The position numbers and the translations under genes are program-made. The notes under the pieces were generated by a model that saw nothing but the letters and a program-made list of their open reading frames with translations, was not told where the DNA came from and did no database searches. From positions 3,410,001 through 3,474,000 of the forward strand of contig NC_134036.1 of the NCBI RefSeq assembly GCF_964204645.1: 64,000 nucleotides of DNA, given 5' to 3'. Positions 1 through 36,381 of the stretch are shown piece by piece. This DNA comes from Tubulanus polymorphus (taxonomy: Eukaryota > Animalia > Nemertea). Numbering within the stretch: the stretch's first letter is position 1; each line of letters starts with the position of its first letter.

Positions 1-1831
1 CATAAAATGGTTACAGTGGAAATAAATCCATCCCATTCGATTCTAAATTCTAGATGTCCTTTCAAAAAAGAAATTCAGCCTTAACGATGAAGCTAACACA
101 ATCGATGCAATCTGTTTTGCCGACTGGTGATACTGTGAACCCTGGGTACGCCGTTTCAGACATCTATCGATGAGAACTTTAAATCAAACCTATCATTACA
201 GAGAGTTATATATATTAACAACCAATGATTCATTCTAAATACGTATTGAAAATAACCTCCAAGTAGATGTAGATGATAGATGCTAAACCAGAAAACGAAA
301 CTAGGTTTTATCAAGGCTTTTGGAAAGCCTTTTTGAAATAGGTAGGTTGTAGTATGCTTTATACGAATTCCAAATAACAGAAGAAACAATTTTTGCACCG
401 ACAGTGATGATGAAAGCAATTTAACTACAATCGATGGCGCACTTCTTAAATGAAATCATGGAAGCTTACCTTTGTTACAGTCGTTTTCCTAATGTCTCAA
501 GACGTGTCCTGTGTCCTCCTGCCTTCGAGACGAACTATATTGTTTTCAAATATTGGTATCTTCTCCACCGATTTTACAGGTCCTTTTAAATTCATTTTCA
601 ATCCAGCATGCCTGCCTGGACCAACCAGTTTACTTTCAGACACTGGAGTTTCCGGTTCCAAATTTTGGTGTCATTGTCTCCTTTAAAACTGTCGTTATTA
701 TGTATTTTAAACAAAATCCTAAAATCTCCCAAGTTCCAGTAATAATATGGCGGTGGTATATACTGTTCTATATACGGGAGGCTCTCCTGGTTAGTTGGTG
801 AGTTAACTCATGCGAACGAACCCCGATTCGATCAACGATTCCTAATCCGGGTGACCTTGAGCAACGCTGAATTATTGACGCTGCGAAGCCGTTCAAAAGA
901 ATGGATTAGTCAAAAATTAAAATTAGATGGCCTAAACAAAATTAAATAAATAACAACACCAGTGTTTATTTCATTAGTGCATTTGAATGTTAATCATAAT
1001 GGTTTTTACAATAAATAAACGTGCCTTCTTTTACAATTTAATCAAGAGCAATACAATATATTATCGCATCTATTAAATGTGATGATGATTGTTAAGAGTT
1101 ATAAAACACACCATGCAAATGAATGATTAAGAAAAATAAACTCGAGATCAGTGAAAATGTTCTTTTAAACTGCAACAAGTGCTCACAAGTGCTGTAAAAT
1201 AATGAAAGAATTAATGGTTATAAAGATATCACGTAACCTCCTCCCCACTAAGGGGTTTTTCCAAAAAGGCAATGTTGTTTTTGCCTACTTGTGGGTCGAA
1301 AGAAAATTGGTTGGGAAGAAATTTTCAACTCACCCTATAATACTATCCACGCACGTCTTCTCCTTACTCGCACGGGCAAAGGGGGTTCACGCTTTTTCCA
1401 TATTCATCTTTGAAGCCCAAATCCGATCGATCACAAACTGATGTCTGTTCTAACCCAAACAGCTCTTTTCAATCCCATGGCCATGTATTGACCTGATTAG
1501 GACATGCACCGATGGAGCCATCACCTGAAAAATACAAACACAGGTAAATTTCCAGTTTTTAAACATTGTTTAACAAAACCATAGCAAACCCCTGAGTTCG
1601 TTTGAAAAAAGATAAACCTACTGATGAGTTAAACATGTTCAATCAAACTCGCTAAGTTATTGTAATTGGGATGATCATTATAGATATGTTGAATTATGTA
1701 TACAAATGATGACTTACAACAATTTAGTCAATCGGATTAGAAATACAAATCTCGAGATCTTAAAATGGCAATGACCTAAGTGATGCAACGACTTTCCGAT
1801 GACTACTCAAGCCAGTTTGACCATACATTAA

Positions 1832-2637
1832 TTACCTGTTGTGTATTTTAGTGATGTGTTTCAACATGTTGCCTTTCTGGAAGAACGGTTTGCCGCAATA
1901 ATCACACAGGAACGTTCCCATACTCGTGTGCAGTTTCAAGTGTTTCTGCATCGACGTTGTTGATTTGAAACCTTTACCGCACGAATAGCACCGATACACC
2001 GAGTCATCGGCAGGTGTTACCGATGTGTCCCGGTCTGGGCTAGGATGTGTCGATTCTCCATCCAATGGTCGGTGTTTGGCCCGGTTTTGGTTCTCGTGCT
2101 GCATCGATCCACCATCCAACGGTTGTTCTGCGATGTACTGGTCCTGATGCGGGTTCAGTTGTAACTCGGTTGGGTATTCCATCACGAGCTCCTCCCCCCG
2201 CTGATTTGCACGCATCGGTTCATCCGACTGATGGACCGTATGCGGACCATCCTGCGATAAGCGATTCGATTTTCCTCCTGGAGAGCCGTCATTTTCATCA
2301 CCCTCTTCATCGGAGGCACACGTATCGTACGCTTTGCGCTTCGACCGACGGCGCACGCGCCGGCAACTGTTACGTTGATGCGTCAATAGATGGCGTTGTA
2401 GATGATAACGACGAGCGAACGCCCGTTGACACAGTTCACACCGGAACGCTTTGATGCCGCTGTGGTCAGATTTTCGATGTCGAGACAAGTCGCTTTGGCT
2501 GAAAAACGATTCGCGGCACAACCAGCACACGTACGGTCGAATAGCTACGCGTTCCGATGATTTAACATCGATGGAAGGATGATCTGCGACTGAGGTCGAA
2601 TCGAGTCCACCGCATTCGTTTGTAGCCGATGCTTTTT
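1832..2637 (-). CDS. zinc finger gene exon 3 (fingers 3-6)
   Basis: Acceptor tttttatttcag|AA (phase 1); open frame EKASATNECGG...RPYVCWLC...HITKIHNR. Confidence 0.88.
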
Positions 2638-4354
2638 CTGAAATAAAAATGAAGAATCCAATTCAATTGCTAATGGATCTAATAAATGTGGTAATTCACA
2701 AAGCCAAGAAATTGGATGATCAGAAAAAACTAGAATAATATGACATTTCATTTCAAAAATGTTTGCTGATGAAATGTAATGGGCTAAGGCCCCAGCTGCA
2801 TTTATGACAGGGGCGGATCCAGGGGCCGACTCTGACAAAGAAATGAAAAGGGCATATTAGCGCCCCAAAAAATAATCCCATAGTTTTTTTCAAAAGGGCA
2901 CACAGATTTGCGAGCACAGGCTCCTTGTGCTCCCATCTGGATCGTCCTTGTATGATTTACCTTACAATAATCAATAAATGATTCAATGATTACCTCAAGG
3001 AAGAACATTATGAGGTGATTAATTTCATCTTTTCAGAAATTTTCAAATTATCTCCAGCACTTTCAGGTATCAATGAGTCGGCAATGTAAGGGTGTTAAGC
3101 TAGGACTGAAGATCAAATTATATTACCTGTGTCTGAAGCCGCTTCAGAGAATTCGCCATTCTTTTCACCGATAACAGTTTCTTCTATAGCGTCTTGTTGC
3201 TGCGTGTGTCCCGCCGTGGCGTTCAGCTTCATCTCCGCGTCGTAAAGCCGTTTGTTTTTCTCGTGTATTTTCACATGTCGATTCAAATGATAGCGACGCT
3301 TGAACAACTTCCAGCAGACGACGCACTTGAACGGTCGCTTGGTGACGCCGCCGTGTTCGTCGTTGACGTGCTCCGACAGGCGCCGGCGTCGCGTAGTCGA
3401 GAATTTACCGCAAATGTCGCAATGGTAGATTTTCCTCTGTCTCTCGACGCTATTATCATCGTTATTCTCTTCGCCCGTTATGTTATCATCATCATTCGCC
3501 AGGACATCCTGGTCGTCATTATCTTCCGTTTTCTTCATTCGCACTAAATGAACGATTTTTCGTTGAATGTCCGCCATCGTTTTATCGACATCGCCATCTG
3601 TACTTTCATTTCCGCCTGCAAGTGGCGGCGTAGTAGATTGTTCGCTTCCATCCTGGTCGACAGCGCCCTCATCTAGAATGTTCGGTACTAAAAATTTATG
3701 GGATGATGCTTTAGAGCAAGGTAGCTCCGAAAAGGCTGTATCATCTTTAACAGCGGCCACGAGAAAGTCCAATTCTTCGAAGGACGTCTTGTTGTGAATT
3801 CTGAAAATAATTTGCCTCATTTTATCAAACGTGCTCAATACCATCTATGCACCATAGACCTTCCTTACCCAGGGTCCGTCCTTACTCTAAACATGACCTA
3901 GTCTTAGCTCGCCCAAACCTTTTTCGCAAGTTGGGTAATATTGAAATCATCCATAAATTGACCCAATGCATATGCGCTGGACTTACGTGAACTGCAAATT
4001 TGTATTCGCAACACACTAGCATGAGAAAGCGTTCTAACCAGAATGAGCCACTGAAGGAAAGCAGCTGCCATAACCTTTTTAACCTGTTTTTCCAGTATTA
4101 ATTCTGTATTGAGGATGCTTTCGACACTACCCGAAGTTCCCTTTTCCTAGTTAGTACGTACGCTTAAGAGGGCTAAACAGAAAACCGAAGCCAAGGATTT
4201 CAGTTGAGGAGGCCGAAATGAAAAGCGCCACCAACCTTATCAACAGTAACCGCGCTAATTCGTCATCTGCCGTCATTGAAAATCTCTTCATTGTGTTTCT
4301 CCAAATGACCATCGTCTCATTCTTCAACCAGATAGATTTCAGAACGGTTGTCAT
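1832..4354 (-). CDS. C2H2 zinc finger protein, 6 fingers in 3 pairs (~532 aa); exons 4354-4236, 3800-3127, 2637-1836 (+ stop)
   Basis: Phase-consistent GT-AG joins (2, then 1). Fingers: CDICGKF..HVNDEH, CVVCWKLFKRRYHLNRHVKIH, CWLCRESF..HRKSDH, CELCQRAFARRYHLQRHLLTH, CYSCGKGF..HLKLH, CDYCGKPF..HITKIH. Minus-strand AATAAA at ~965-970. Confidence 0.85.
2808..2950. mobile_element. small MITE-like element with CAGGGGCGGATCCAG termini (related end at ~16397-16410)
   Basis: CAGGGGCGGATCCAG ... CTGGATCGTCCTTG imperfect inverted ends. Confidence 0.55.
3127..3800 (-). CDS. zinc finger gene exon 2 (acidic region + fingers 1-2)
   Basis: Acceptor ttattttcag|A; donor G|gtaata; lies within ORF 3113..3844. 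Confidence 0.85.
4236..4354 (-). CDS. zinc finger gene exon 1 (MTTVLKSIWLKNETMVIWRNTMKRFSMTADDELARLLLIR)
   Basis: ATG at 4354; donor AG|gttggt in phase 2 matches the phase-2 acceptor at 3800. Confidence 0.65.
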
Positions 4355-7228
4355 CGTTGCTTTTACGCCAAAATGCACCAAAAACGGCGTATTTGTTCTC
4401 AATTTTTTTACTGTGGCGCAATGACCTTGAGAATTTCGCTCTTATTAATACGTGCGGACACGTGGATCGGACGCTGACGATGGCCCGGACACCTAACGTG
4501 TTAAACAAACGGATCTTTCTAACCCGTTCTCTCACTTTCGGGACAGTTTGGACTAATTATGTTATATTCACATTAACCGAAAGCATAACTTTTTAAATGT
4601 ATATCTACATCAACCAAAAATAGAACTTCGTTTTAGAAATTAAGCATCGGGTCCCATTCAACTGAAGAAAACAAAGATCATAAGTGTTTTAGATGTATTT
4701 TCACACATTTATTAAATATACAAATATCATTAGCATCCATTTTTTTATTTAAATATAGTTAATGTATGTTTCATTATCATCATATGCACAGAATTCGGTC
4801 CGAACTTACTTCGGCAGATTCGCGTGAGTCTCTTCAACTAGTAGACTCGCAGTTCGTTTTCCGTCTTAGAAAAAATTTACAAAAACAAAGGAAACAGTGA
4901 TGAACGCACGCAGCGGCATCGATAAAATTCTTAGATGTATTTCACTGTACATAACAAAATAATTAAAACTAGTTCAACAAACATGATATTTTGCACCATC
5001 GGACCATTCTCTTGATACTGGTGTCTACGAACTACAGAAGTGGTTGGAGGTTTGTTTGATAGTTTAAATACCGCGGTACAGGGGTCAGTTACCGAGAAAG
5101 GTTGCTTAATGTTAACCAGTGTTTGAAACCGAGGTACAGGGGGTCAGTCACTGAAATGTTGTTTGCTATCATTCAGCGGCCACCTACATACATCACATGG
5201 CTGATGCTATGCAATAACGGGGCCTACGTTGAAATACATCATCGGTTTAGCACTCAAATCTACATGGTAAAACATACATTATACGCAGAACTTCACAGGT
5301 CTAACACTACCCAGAATTTCGATATGATACAAATACAGGTAATTTCCATCAGATGGATAAAAAATTTCATAACACAATAAAAATATCACAACTTAAAGTT
5401 AAGTAAATATGGTTAAATACGATACTCAATACTTGTAAGTTATCAGTACGTAGGAATGCATAAGTGTACGTAATCGTTATCGACGATAAATGATAAAACA
5501 ATTAATTAAGTTAATCAGTTGATCGATTATTTCAATTATAAACATCTCTATCTAGTGAGTAAAACGCAGTCATCGTAAATTACTACGATCGATTATGCAA
5601 ATTAAGGAAATTATGATGTTCACGCACTGATAGAATTTTCTCTGTTCACGCCATTTCTTATTACTTACGGAATATATTTCTCTTCGATCTTTGATTTATG
5701 ATTAGCACATTATACCTAATCGTTAGAAATAATATATACAAACTATCGTAAATACGATATCGATATTGTTTAATGAAGGCATAATCGAATAATATATCAA
5801 ACATGTATATACATTATACATGTATATGTAAAAAAAAATCTGGCAAAACAAATAAACGCTAACAGAGAAATGAAAATAAAACAATAACAAAAGTCCTATA
5901 AATCTTAACACATCTAGGCACCTTTCTAGAAAAGATGGCTGCCATTGCCACCGTAAATCAACTTCTATGGCAACATCATACACTTGCGGGTCGATGATTT
6001 TTTTAGTGTAGGAGTTTCACAAAGGACACCATCCATTCTAGAAAAGCGCCAACCTTAACAAAACCCGTTGACTTGTTCAAAAGAATATGACAGCATCAGT
6101 GGACATCAGTGGTACACTGACACTTGAAAATATCATTCATCAATATGCAGCCTGGATCCAGCATGTTATCCCTATTCTACCAATTTTTGATCATCCGGAC
6201 TTCGATTGTGTCCCGGATGACACCTGATCTCACAAATCTTATTGAAAATGAACTACAAACACCAGACATTAGACATTGTATCAGCCAACTTTCAAACAAT
6301 GATCATCCACACTTCAAACTATGTTGACTGTCTGAAGGCTGCTGGTTCAGGGCTGCAAAATGATACCTGCTATGATACATATATAGATAAAAACTCCATG
6401 CAATGAATTACGTTAACAAGTGTTCAAAGTTGACAAATTCTCAACTCAAGTGATAAGACTTCACGGGATGAAGTTTAAAATGGTTAAAAAACGTCTCTAA
6501 CAACAACAGCAACAGCAATCGTTCGCGATAATCTCAAAAAATAAACAAATCATCGATGTTCAAAATTGTGATTTGTAGTGATGATGTTATATATATATAT
6601 ATATATATAAATATAGGCACATAGATGTACTTAATAACCTAGCACGTTTTCTTCATTCCGTATCCATCTTATACGAACTATGGCTTTTACAAAATACGTG
6701 CGTTGCCTGACAAAATATCCACATACGTAAAAAAGATGATTCGCGCGCAAGCAGATGACTCGACAGTCAAATCAATAACCAAGAACGTTGATTAAAATGA
6801 CGCCAATGAGAATGATCAAAATAACGCCCATAGATTTTTGAGTTTGGAAAATATTCTTAATCGATGACGACATGATTTTGAAAGCATACGTCCATTAATC
6901 TTGTGTAACGCAGTACACATATTCATCCTCTTTATCTGTTTCATAACAAGTTAACTTGACTCTGTAGTCCATGATCTACTGGGTAAGTCGTTAACGTTGA
7001 AATGAATAAAATCTACCCATTGAATAGTTGATAATTGTGCGTTTGCATCGACGTTTGTGCTATGATGCAATTCGCTGTCGATGGCGCGTATATACTCGAA
7101 TAGTTAGCACATGGAGTGACACGCATTTCGACAAAAAATATACGCAATCCAGCTTCGTCTGTACGTCATTAACTATTTGTACGTTTATATTCACTAAAAG
7201 GCTCATGAAACTACGCGTTCCGGTAGTG

Positions 7229-29972
<22,744 letters not shown>

Positions 29973-32704
29973 TGTCCTACCAGTAACAACATTCTACCGT
30001 AACAACAACAACAACAACAGCGGCATGAGCACCATTAGGTTCCGACGACGAGGATGATGAGACCAAGAAGGAAACGAATGAGGAAATCATCGTTTGTTTT
30101 TAATATCGTTCCCGTATAGATGCACGAATTGAAGAAGTTCCTCAGCTAGTGAAACCGGGGTGAAGCTGGATTTTAGAATTCTCCATAGCCCTGATTTATA
30201 AAATCCTAGATCCTTCATCATCTTCTATTGTTCTACCCGAGCAGTGTGCGTACTCTATCCCATCTTGTCCGCTATGTTGTGTGTGTGTGAGTTATTGTAC
30301 TGCTGCTGCTGCTGCTGCTGTTACTGCTGTTACCGCTGCATGCAACTCACTCTCAGTTCACGCTAGTCGATGCCGATCCAGGGAAGATGATGGATAAATT
30401 GCCGATACGCGCTAGAAACCGCAGGAGGTGATCAACGCTTAGCATGCCATCTGCTGGAAAAAGTGGCTGTGGCTTCAAAAATATATTCCCATAGATTACG
30501 TAATGAATGGCGCCTATAACGTCGAGTAATACTTTCAAGACACGACTGTCCGAATGAATTCCCTATTTATAGCATCAAATCTACCCTAGGAAGACATGCC
30601 GCAGGGCTAGGCCACAACACAAATCCCCCTAATAACATAATCTGGTGACGATTTGTTATACACAGCAAAGTCATTTGTAATGCCTCTATTGAGACCATGA
30701 AAAATATGGCGTTGCAACAAATTTGGCAAAAGTTGTTAAAACATATATTCTAGAAGTCCGATCTAACGTCATTTTTTTAATAGCAGCGATCAGTTTTGGT
30801 CACGGAAATATATATTTGTCAAAATATATCCCAAATCCAATCATTTTGTTATCTATGTTTTTAAACGGGTCCCAGCGCTGGCATGATAATGAAGGACTTA
30901 TAACTAAACTGTACATGGATTACGAAGAGTTGTAAACGTCTCTCTTAAACATTATCATCTCAATCAGACACCTATTTTTCCAAGCATACTGAGTCTGCTA
31001 CACAAAATATACAGTATACATGTATCACTTACTTGATGCTAAAAAACTATGTCCTCGTGATCTTTTATCCATGTGAGGTGAGTCTCTCCATATCCTTGGT
31101 CCGTGTGTGACGCGAGTCTTATCCTTGGCCCGCTGAAGAAGCCCGGCTCCGCGCTGAGTATGTCCTCTGCTGATGGACTGTCTTTCCATGTATGAAATGA
31201 CCACTACTTCTAGTAAGCATTAGATATAAAATCGATCTTCTATTGAATATTCCTATTTCACCTTTGAATTTGGGTTACATTTTCGTATTGATTCATACCG
31301 GTCTATATAGAATTATTAGACCAAAGGAAGCCGCTCGTGTCGTTGGAATGTGTGGGGCCGACAGGTCATCTATTTCTATCGATAATCCCAGAACGATGAC
31401 CTATCCTCACAGACGCGAATTCGATTGGTATTAGAGTCTAATGCACTTGGACGTACCGAGTGCATTGGACCATTTTGTGATAATCCTCAATGCAGGTAGC
31501 ACCATACGCTTACGAAATGTGGGGGTTACCATGTATGTATTTTCGAAAGTAATGTCTAGACACACAAACTCTTTTTCTAAAACCTTATACCAAGAAAATC
31601 TATACCTTCGCGAAAAGACGACCGAACGATCAACGAATATAGCACGTCATCACGACCGACAGGGTTCCTGCGGCAAGCAAGATGTCCATCCAGAACGTCA
31701 TATACAAATACGTCCGAAAGATCACTCGAATATAGAACAAAAATGAACAAATAAAACCGTCGATGTATAATGGATGATTGTTGTTTATTTATCTTAAGAA
31801 TGGCACGTACAATGTACTGTACATTACACAATGACAGAATAATAAATGCCAGGTTTCTATTTACAAAAGGAAAAAAAACAACAGACACAATCAATGATTA
31901 GGAGGAGGAAATATGAGTGCAAAAATATTACTGTTGTTGTTGTTGGTCTCAGTAGAGGGGTTGGCAGTTTAATGAGGTCAGCCCCGTACCGCATGCACCA
32001 ACTCTATCGGCATATATTCGACAATGCTTTTGGCAAATTCTTTGACAATATTTAAATTTTGGTACGAATAAAAAGATTTTCGAACACGTGTTAATACTAT
32101 CAATACTACGGGAACCACATTACAACACCAGCTTCAGTAATACACTGAGGAACCTCGTTAATACGTAGACGTAGCTGAACTTGTCATATTAAAAGGGTTT
32201 CGTATTATCCAAATCTTGATTGAAACATGTGTAAATATCTTAGTTGGGACATTCTGGAAATCATCGTAATAAACGGGGTTCCACCTTGCGAGTTAACTCA
32301 AAACTAATGCGAAAACCCGAGCCCTCGAAAGAAACATGGTTGAAGATTTTGGGTGGGCAGTGCAGCGATACGGGCCTTAAACAGTACACCACGTAAAATA
32401 ACAACGTGGGGAGAAACCGTCGTATCAGATCTTTACAATCCAGCCGACTGGTGTTTCAAATGTGAGAAAAAAAATTAACAAAAATTTTCAATACGTCGGC
32501 GAAAAATGAGATTTCAAATTTCAAATGATAATGATTTCAATCATCAATATACTTGTACTGCTGAACAAAATCATTATCATTATTTAATACAGTGACATAT
32601 TCGAAAATATTGCCAATTTTCATCGCTAAATTGAGTTTCATTTGACAAGAAAAAAAAAATCATAACAAACTTAACATTGAAACTACCCTGATGATGAAAT
32701 ATGA

Positions 32705-32899
32705 CGCCCCCTAGTGGCCGTAATACGAACGATCTTCGTATGACGGCGATATTGTGACCGAATCGGTCGTTTATATCATATTTATTTCATCAGTTTGAAT
32801 CGAGTAATTCGGGCAGCTGAAAAATATATATTATTTTCACATCGTCTTTAGTACAGTCAATAGTAATAAATTCCTCCACCATACCGATAGGTGGCAGCA
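32705..32899. promoter_or_regulatory. pair of divergently oriented CTCF-like motifs
   Basis: CGCCCCCTAGTGG (32705-32717) and CCGATAGGTGGCAGCA (32884-32899). Confidence 0.5.
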
Positions 32900-35800
32900 C
32901 GTTTGCCGCGCGCGACTTATGATGCTAATAACAGTAGTAAACGCCTGACGCGAAAAATGCTCCCTCTCTCTCTCTCTCTTAATCGATCAAATAAAAACGA
33001 TATGTAAACGTGACGAGAGTGACCGAGGGAAGGGCATCGTGCGCCGCGCGTTCAAAAAAATTCTATACAATTACAAAAAAAAATCCACTTTCATCCCATT
33101 ATTCGTTTGTCAATAATGATAACGCGAATAATAATAATAATAATAATCATAATCATCAATAATTAATAATAATAATATTTTATAAATCTATAGGTATTTT
33201 TTTTCTTCGCATGCACGTGTGTAGTGTGAAAAATTTACAGTCCGCGTTTTGATAAAATCTATGAACAACTATTTCGTAATCGCGCGCAAAATAAAGTCCC
33301 CCCTCCCAATGAAAATACGACAACTTTTCTCCTCGCGTAGAAACCTACAAAACGAGCGTCCACACCGTCGAGTAGGCGAACACGAAAAATTCTGGCTTCG
33401 ATATCGCGACCGCCGGAGTTGATGTGATATGCAAACGAAGCGTTTAAATCGACCAATGATAGTCTACTATTTTGAAAAAATAAATATCCGTCCGACCTCT
33501 TAACGCGGTGTCGACTGGCCGATCACCATCAATGATAATTTCTTATACGATAACTTTATCGCGTTATCATGTAGATATATTATGCACAGATATGTGTGTG
33601 TGTGTGTGAAACAATGATGGGGCTCATAATAATAATAATGATAATATTATAGCGATATATGCAAATGATATGCTAATGAGCGTAGCGACTGATAAACAGA
33701 TCTATATTCGCGCTTCCCCGCCCTACCCCCTACCCGAGAGTTGATTTCAACGAGGTTCTTTTCCGCATACGAAAATCAGTGGAAGACATTGAACTAACAA
33801 ATTAATACTAACGAACTCATATAGTGCACATACGAGCACACGCGCGCTTATAACCCACAAAATTCGAATACAGCAACAGCAGACGCAGTGGGATGGTGCG
33901 TTACAGTCGAAATTCAGAAAGCGACGCGCATCTTATTTGAACACCTTGTCCACGTGCTACAACAGCAACCAAAACTGACCGTAAAATCTCATATATAGGA
34001 CTGGTCTCGAATCAATGAATTTAGTTCGATAGACAAGGTGCCAGTCGCTGAATGGCTTCGATTTGAGACTCGGTCTTAGACCATCTTAGTTCTAAAACCG
34101 ACCGAGCAACTTCAAACCAGTTTGGAAGATTCAAGAACGCTTTCGCACTTAAATCGCAACTATGTTACTGGCCCCCAGGTTCTAAGGAACTGCGGATATG
34201 GTCTTACTGGATGAAACAAAATAGGTTAACAGTTCATATGCCTGCGGTAACAGGATATTCCTCTAGTGATTCCACGAGATTGCCCCACGCGCTGTTTTCA
34301 ACCCTTTCGACTGTAAAACATACATCCACTGTATACAAGCGCTATCTCTTGTACCTCTCTCTAAGAATAAACCATCAAAGTCATCATCATCATCATCATC
34401 TTTTTTGGCCATAACACAATATAACAGATCGGTCTTTAACACTTATACTCAGCACTTCTTGTATAGTATATCAAATATGGAAGAACAACAATGAAAGCGT
34501 TTTTTTTTCGTACGGGGGAACCACTTCAATTTCACACCTATCACCCGCAACTTTAGTACACTATCCGATATTTCAATAGTTAGGCTTAATTTCAAGTTTT
34601 CATTACTTTCGCTAGAGACCAACATTTCAAATTTGCGAAAAAATTCTCGAAAGTTCGCGCCGATTTCCAACCCAAAACCTAGCTGCGGGTGATAAGATAA
34701 ACAAGTGGCTCCCCCTACCCAACCCCCTGACATAATATCGACATGAATATAAATAAATAAATTAATACAATATACATTAACTAATTATCTTTCTTAGCAA
34801 AAAAATTTCCATTCATTATCAATCTATAATCTATATATCATTAAATGCAATAAAAGAAGTGCTTTCTACAAAAAAAAAAGAGTAAACAGTAATAGGTTGT
34901 CAACTGGGTCGGCACGAAAAATAATCAGTTTTCCATCGAGTGAAAAGTGTTGCTCTCTGCCAACTACGAAGAGGATCATGATATTATTGAGCATTTCGTT
35001 TTTTAAAGAAGTTCTTAGATTTACTAGTGACGACCGCGCGAGATGTACGAAACATCTCGTAGCGGCAACTGGCGTGGCACTGGAACTAGCGAGATATCTC
35101 GCACAGGCAACTGGCACATCGCTTGGCAACTGGCTTAAGCTATCTCGTATCTCGCGAGCGTTGACCGAACGAGACGAAAACAAAAAATCTTGGATCGTCA
35201 ACCAGCGTTCACCGATTAATGAGAATGAATGAATGATATGCGCCGAATGAACTAAACAGATCCGGACTGAACCGGTGCAAACGTGTGCCCCCGAAATATA
35301 TTCAGGAAAAAACAAAATACAACACAAAAATATGATATTCGTCTGCATTTTTCTCGATGACACAGAATGAAGCGCGCTCGATATGAGCGAACGATGATGA
35401 TATGATTCTCGGGGGAGAGGAGAAAAATACAGGAGGTTTTCTTAGTAGTAAAAATGTACGTGTTTCCCATACGCCCGTCTTATATCTATATATATATATA
35501 TATATATCTATATAGATATATTTATATATTTATATGCTTAAAACCATTTTCTTTCTATATCTTTTTTGTACAAATGAGAATTCTTGAAATTAAAAACGTT
35601 TTTGAGTCACAGGTGTCATCGAGCCGAGGTCCGACTTCCCGCGGTTTTAGTCTTTGGTTCTGTTCGTATTTATATATATTTATATATATATGTATATATT
35701 TACACAATTCTTCCGATGCGACGATAACGCGCGGCGACCAACGATGCCGTGTAGCGCACATTGTGGTCGTCATCTCGGAGTTTCTCGAGTCTCTTTCTCT

Positions 35801-35977
35801 GAACGCGCGTAGAATATCCCGTACAACGGTGCCGCCATCGCAATACGACGTGCCAACGCCATTGAACGCCGCAGAAAATGCAGCTCAAAACGCGGCATTT
35901 ATCGTCGAATCCCGGAACTACCGACCGACATTTTTCGCCCCCAAAAATGCGACTCACGCGAACGCAGTTTATTTTCA

Positions 35978-36381
35978 TCACTGATTAGTCTGTTCGACGG
36001 CGATGCTTCCCGGGGAGTTCGTTAACTGCTGCTGCTGCTGCTGCTGCACCATCATACCACTGGCGTTTACGTCACCAGCGCCGTGCTGCTGCTGCTGTGG
36101 AACCGGCGCCAAACCGAGCATCGATAAGTGTTCGGCGTGGTGATGAGGCGGTTGATGGTGATGGTGGTGCTGCGTATGGTGCATCGACATCTGATCGGCG
36201 TGGTGGTGATGATGGTGGACGGGTAACTGGTGGTCTCCACCACCGGGCGTCTGGCCGCCGCCGTTATTGCCGGGATGCATCTCGGTCGAGCTCATGTCCA
36301 TCGGCATTCCAGCCGCCGGAAGATAGTCGATCGATTGAGACATCATCTGACGCGTTACGCCTCCGAGTCGTCTGTTACTGG
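35978..36381 (-). CDS. TCF12: E-protein last coding exon (His/Gln-rich tail, stop)
   Basis: ctctttacag acceptor in phase 1; open to TGA at 35978. Confidence 0.82.

Noticed and set aside
1-760. Possible 5' end of another minus-strand gene (donor AAG|gtaagc at ~470)
   Set aside because: All frames examined contain stops and no recognisable protein; could be a UTR exon but cannot be supported.
3987-4051. Extra exon in zinc-finger intron 1 (cttcag acceptor, gtaagt donor)
   Set aside because: Exits in phase 0 whereas exon 2 needs phase 2; exon 1 joins exon 2 directly.
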